A stretch of 23,144 bases of DNA, from NCBI GenBank assembly GCA_009784685.1, contig WRBF01000025.1, forward strand, positions 1 to 23,144, given 5' to 3'. A model generated the notes under the pieces. It did not search any database, was not told the origin of the DNA, and worked only from the letters and a program-made list of their open reading frames with translations. The stretch comes from Defluviitaleaceae bacterium (GTDB taxonomy: Bacteria > Bacillota > Clostridia > Lachnospirales > WRBF01). The position numbers and the translations under genes were made by a program. Numbering within the stretch: position 1 is the first letter of the stretch; each line of letters begins with the position of its first letter. Below are positions 22,407-23,144 of the stretch, piece by piece.

Positions 22407-23018
22407 ATGCAATCTGTCATTATATATGTTGCAAAAACAACATTCCATAAAACCGATACCAGGCAGGAAGCAAAAAAAAATCAGTCCAAATATTGCAAAC
22501 AGATAGTATCGGAAATTGCATGTGAAAAATTGGGTCTTAAGCCGGATGAAATCGTATTTTTAGCTGATGAAAACGGCAAGCCGTACTTGAAAAATGCGCC
22601 GGAATTCCATTTTAACATTTCACATACGAATTCAGCAGTCGCAGCTGCAATATCAAACAAGCCGATAGGCGTTGATATTGAGTTAATAAAGCCCGAAAAT
22701 TCAAGGCTTATGAATGTTGCAAAAAAAATGTTCTTGCCTGATGAATTTGAATATATAACAGCACAAGACGACGGGGCAAATAAAAGATTTTTTGAAATTT
22801 GGACACGGAAAGAGGCATATGCAAAGTATATTGGAACAGGTATTTTTGCGAAAGATTCGGAATTTACGCCTATGAGCTTTAATGTTTTAAACCCCGGATT
22901 TGATGGTCGGATAGATACGTTTTTTATTGAGGGTTCGGAATTTTCCTTTGTTTTGTCAGTTTGTGGGGAGTATGAACTTGTAAAGGGAGAGGATATTTTG
23001 GTTTGTGGTAAGTTCTGA
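22407..23018 (+). CDS. Sfp-type 4'-phosphopantetheinyl transferase
   Basis: PPTase motifs are present: PIGVDIE, and FFEIWTRKEAYAKYIGTGI (compare W/FxxKEAxxK). The ATG at 22407 has AGGAG 8 nt upstream. The 13-aa N-terminal extension of the track ORF is rejected. Confidence 0.85.
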   Translation: MQSVIIYVAKTTFHKTDTRQEAKKNQSKYCKQIVSEIACEKLGLKPDEIVFLADENGKPYLKNAPEFHFNISHTNSAVAAAISNKPIGVDIELIKPENSRLMNVAKKMFLPDEFEYITAQDDGANKRFFEIWTRKEAYAKYIGTGIFAKDSEFTPMSFNVLNPGFDGRIDTFFIEGSEFSFVLSVCGEYELVKGEDILVCGKF

Positions 23019-23144
23019 CGGTACCCTTGCAATACAATGTACAACACGCCTAAAGCCGCTAAAAATTCGCTTCTTCACGTATCGGAAGGAAGTCCGACGG
23101 CGTAGCCGCTTTTGCCGTAGGCAAAAGTACTGAATTATTCTCGG

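Noticed and set aside
22481-23047. 188-aa ORF antisense to the PPTase gene
   Set aside because: The sense strand carries clear PPTase motifs with a promoter and RBS. The antisense frame is a chance ORF.

Overview
The window looks like a low-GC Firmicutes chromosome, most likely a spore-forming Clostridia. Evidence for that: gpr, yloU-yloV, Spo0A-box-like motifs, GGAGG-type ribosome-binding sites and frequent TTG starts. It carries both housekeeping and accessory content. (1) At 113..3964 there is a compact minus-strand [FeFe]-hydrogenase maturation operon: a TM1266-like regulator, then hydE, hydG and hydF. It has a long leader that ends in an intrinsic terminator just before the first RBS. 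The whole module is bracketed by inverted copies of a repeat built from ATGCACA heptamers, including a perfect tandem run of at least 15 units at the window start. (2) Next come gpr (spore germination protease), a 51-aa ORF, a long near-palindrome of the same motif family, a CarD-like regulator, a MurJ-family flippase and pgi. (3) At 9896..10251 there is a 356-bp MITE-like palindrome with ~107-bp arms, preceded by ~70-bp direct repeats. (4) A divergent FliD-like protein is paired with a membrane GAF protein, with no other flagellar genes nearby. (5) A family of hairpin-rich MITE-like elements shares a ~70-bp core in four copies. One copy supplies a promoter -35 box. Another sits between perfect 15-bp direct repeats inside a decayed DUF5050 gene that also has an in-frame TGA. 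(6) Accessory genes between MITE copies are a flavodoxin-like/SCP2 fusion, a 46-aa ORF with a strong RBS, YihY, YbaN/DUF454 and a lipoprotein. (7) A promoter-to-terminator unit with no ORF is a candidate sRNA. Then come yloU-yloV, flotillin floT with Spo0A-box-like repeats upstream, and an orphan Sfp-type PPTase. I did not recognise any rRNA, tRNA or CRISPR array. Line indexing between about 10.3 and 12.5 kb may be off by 1 nt relative to the ORF track.
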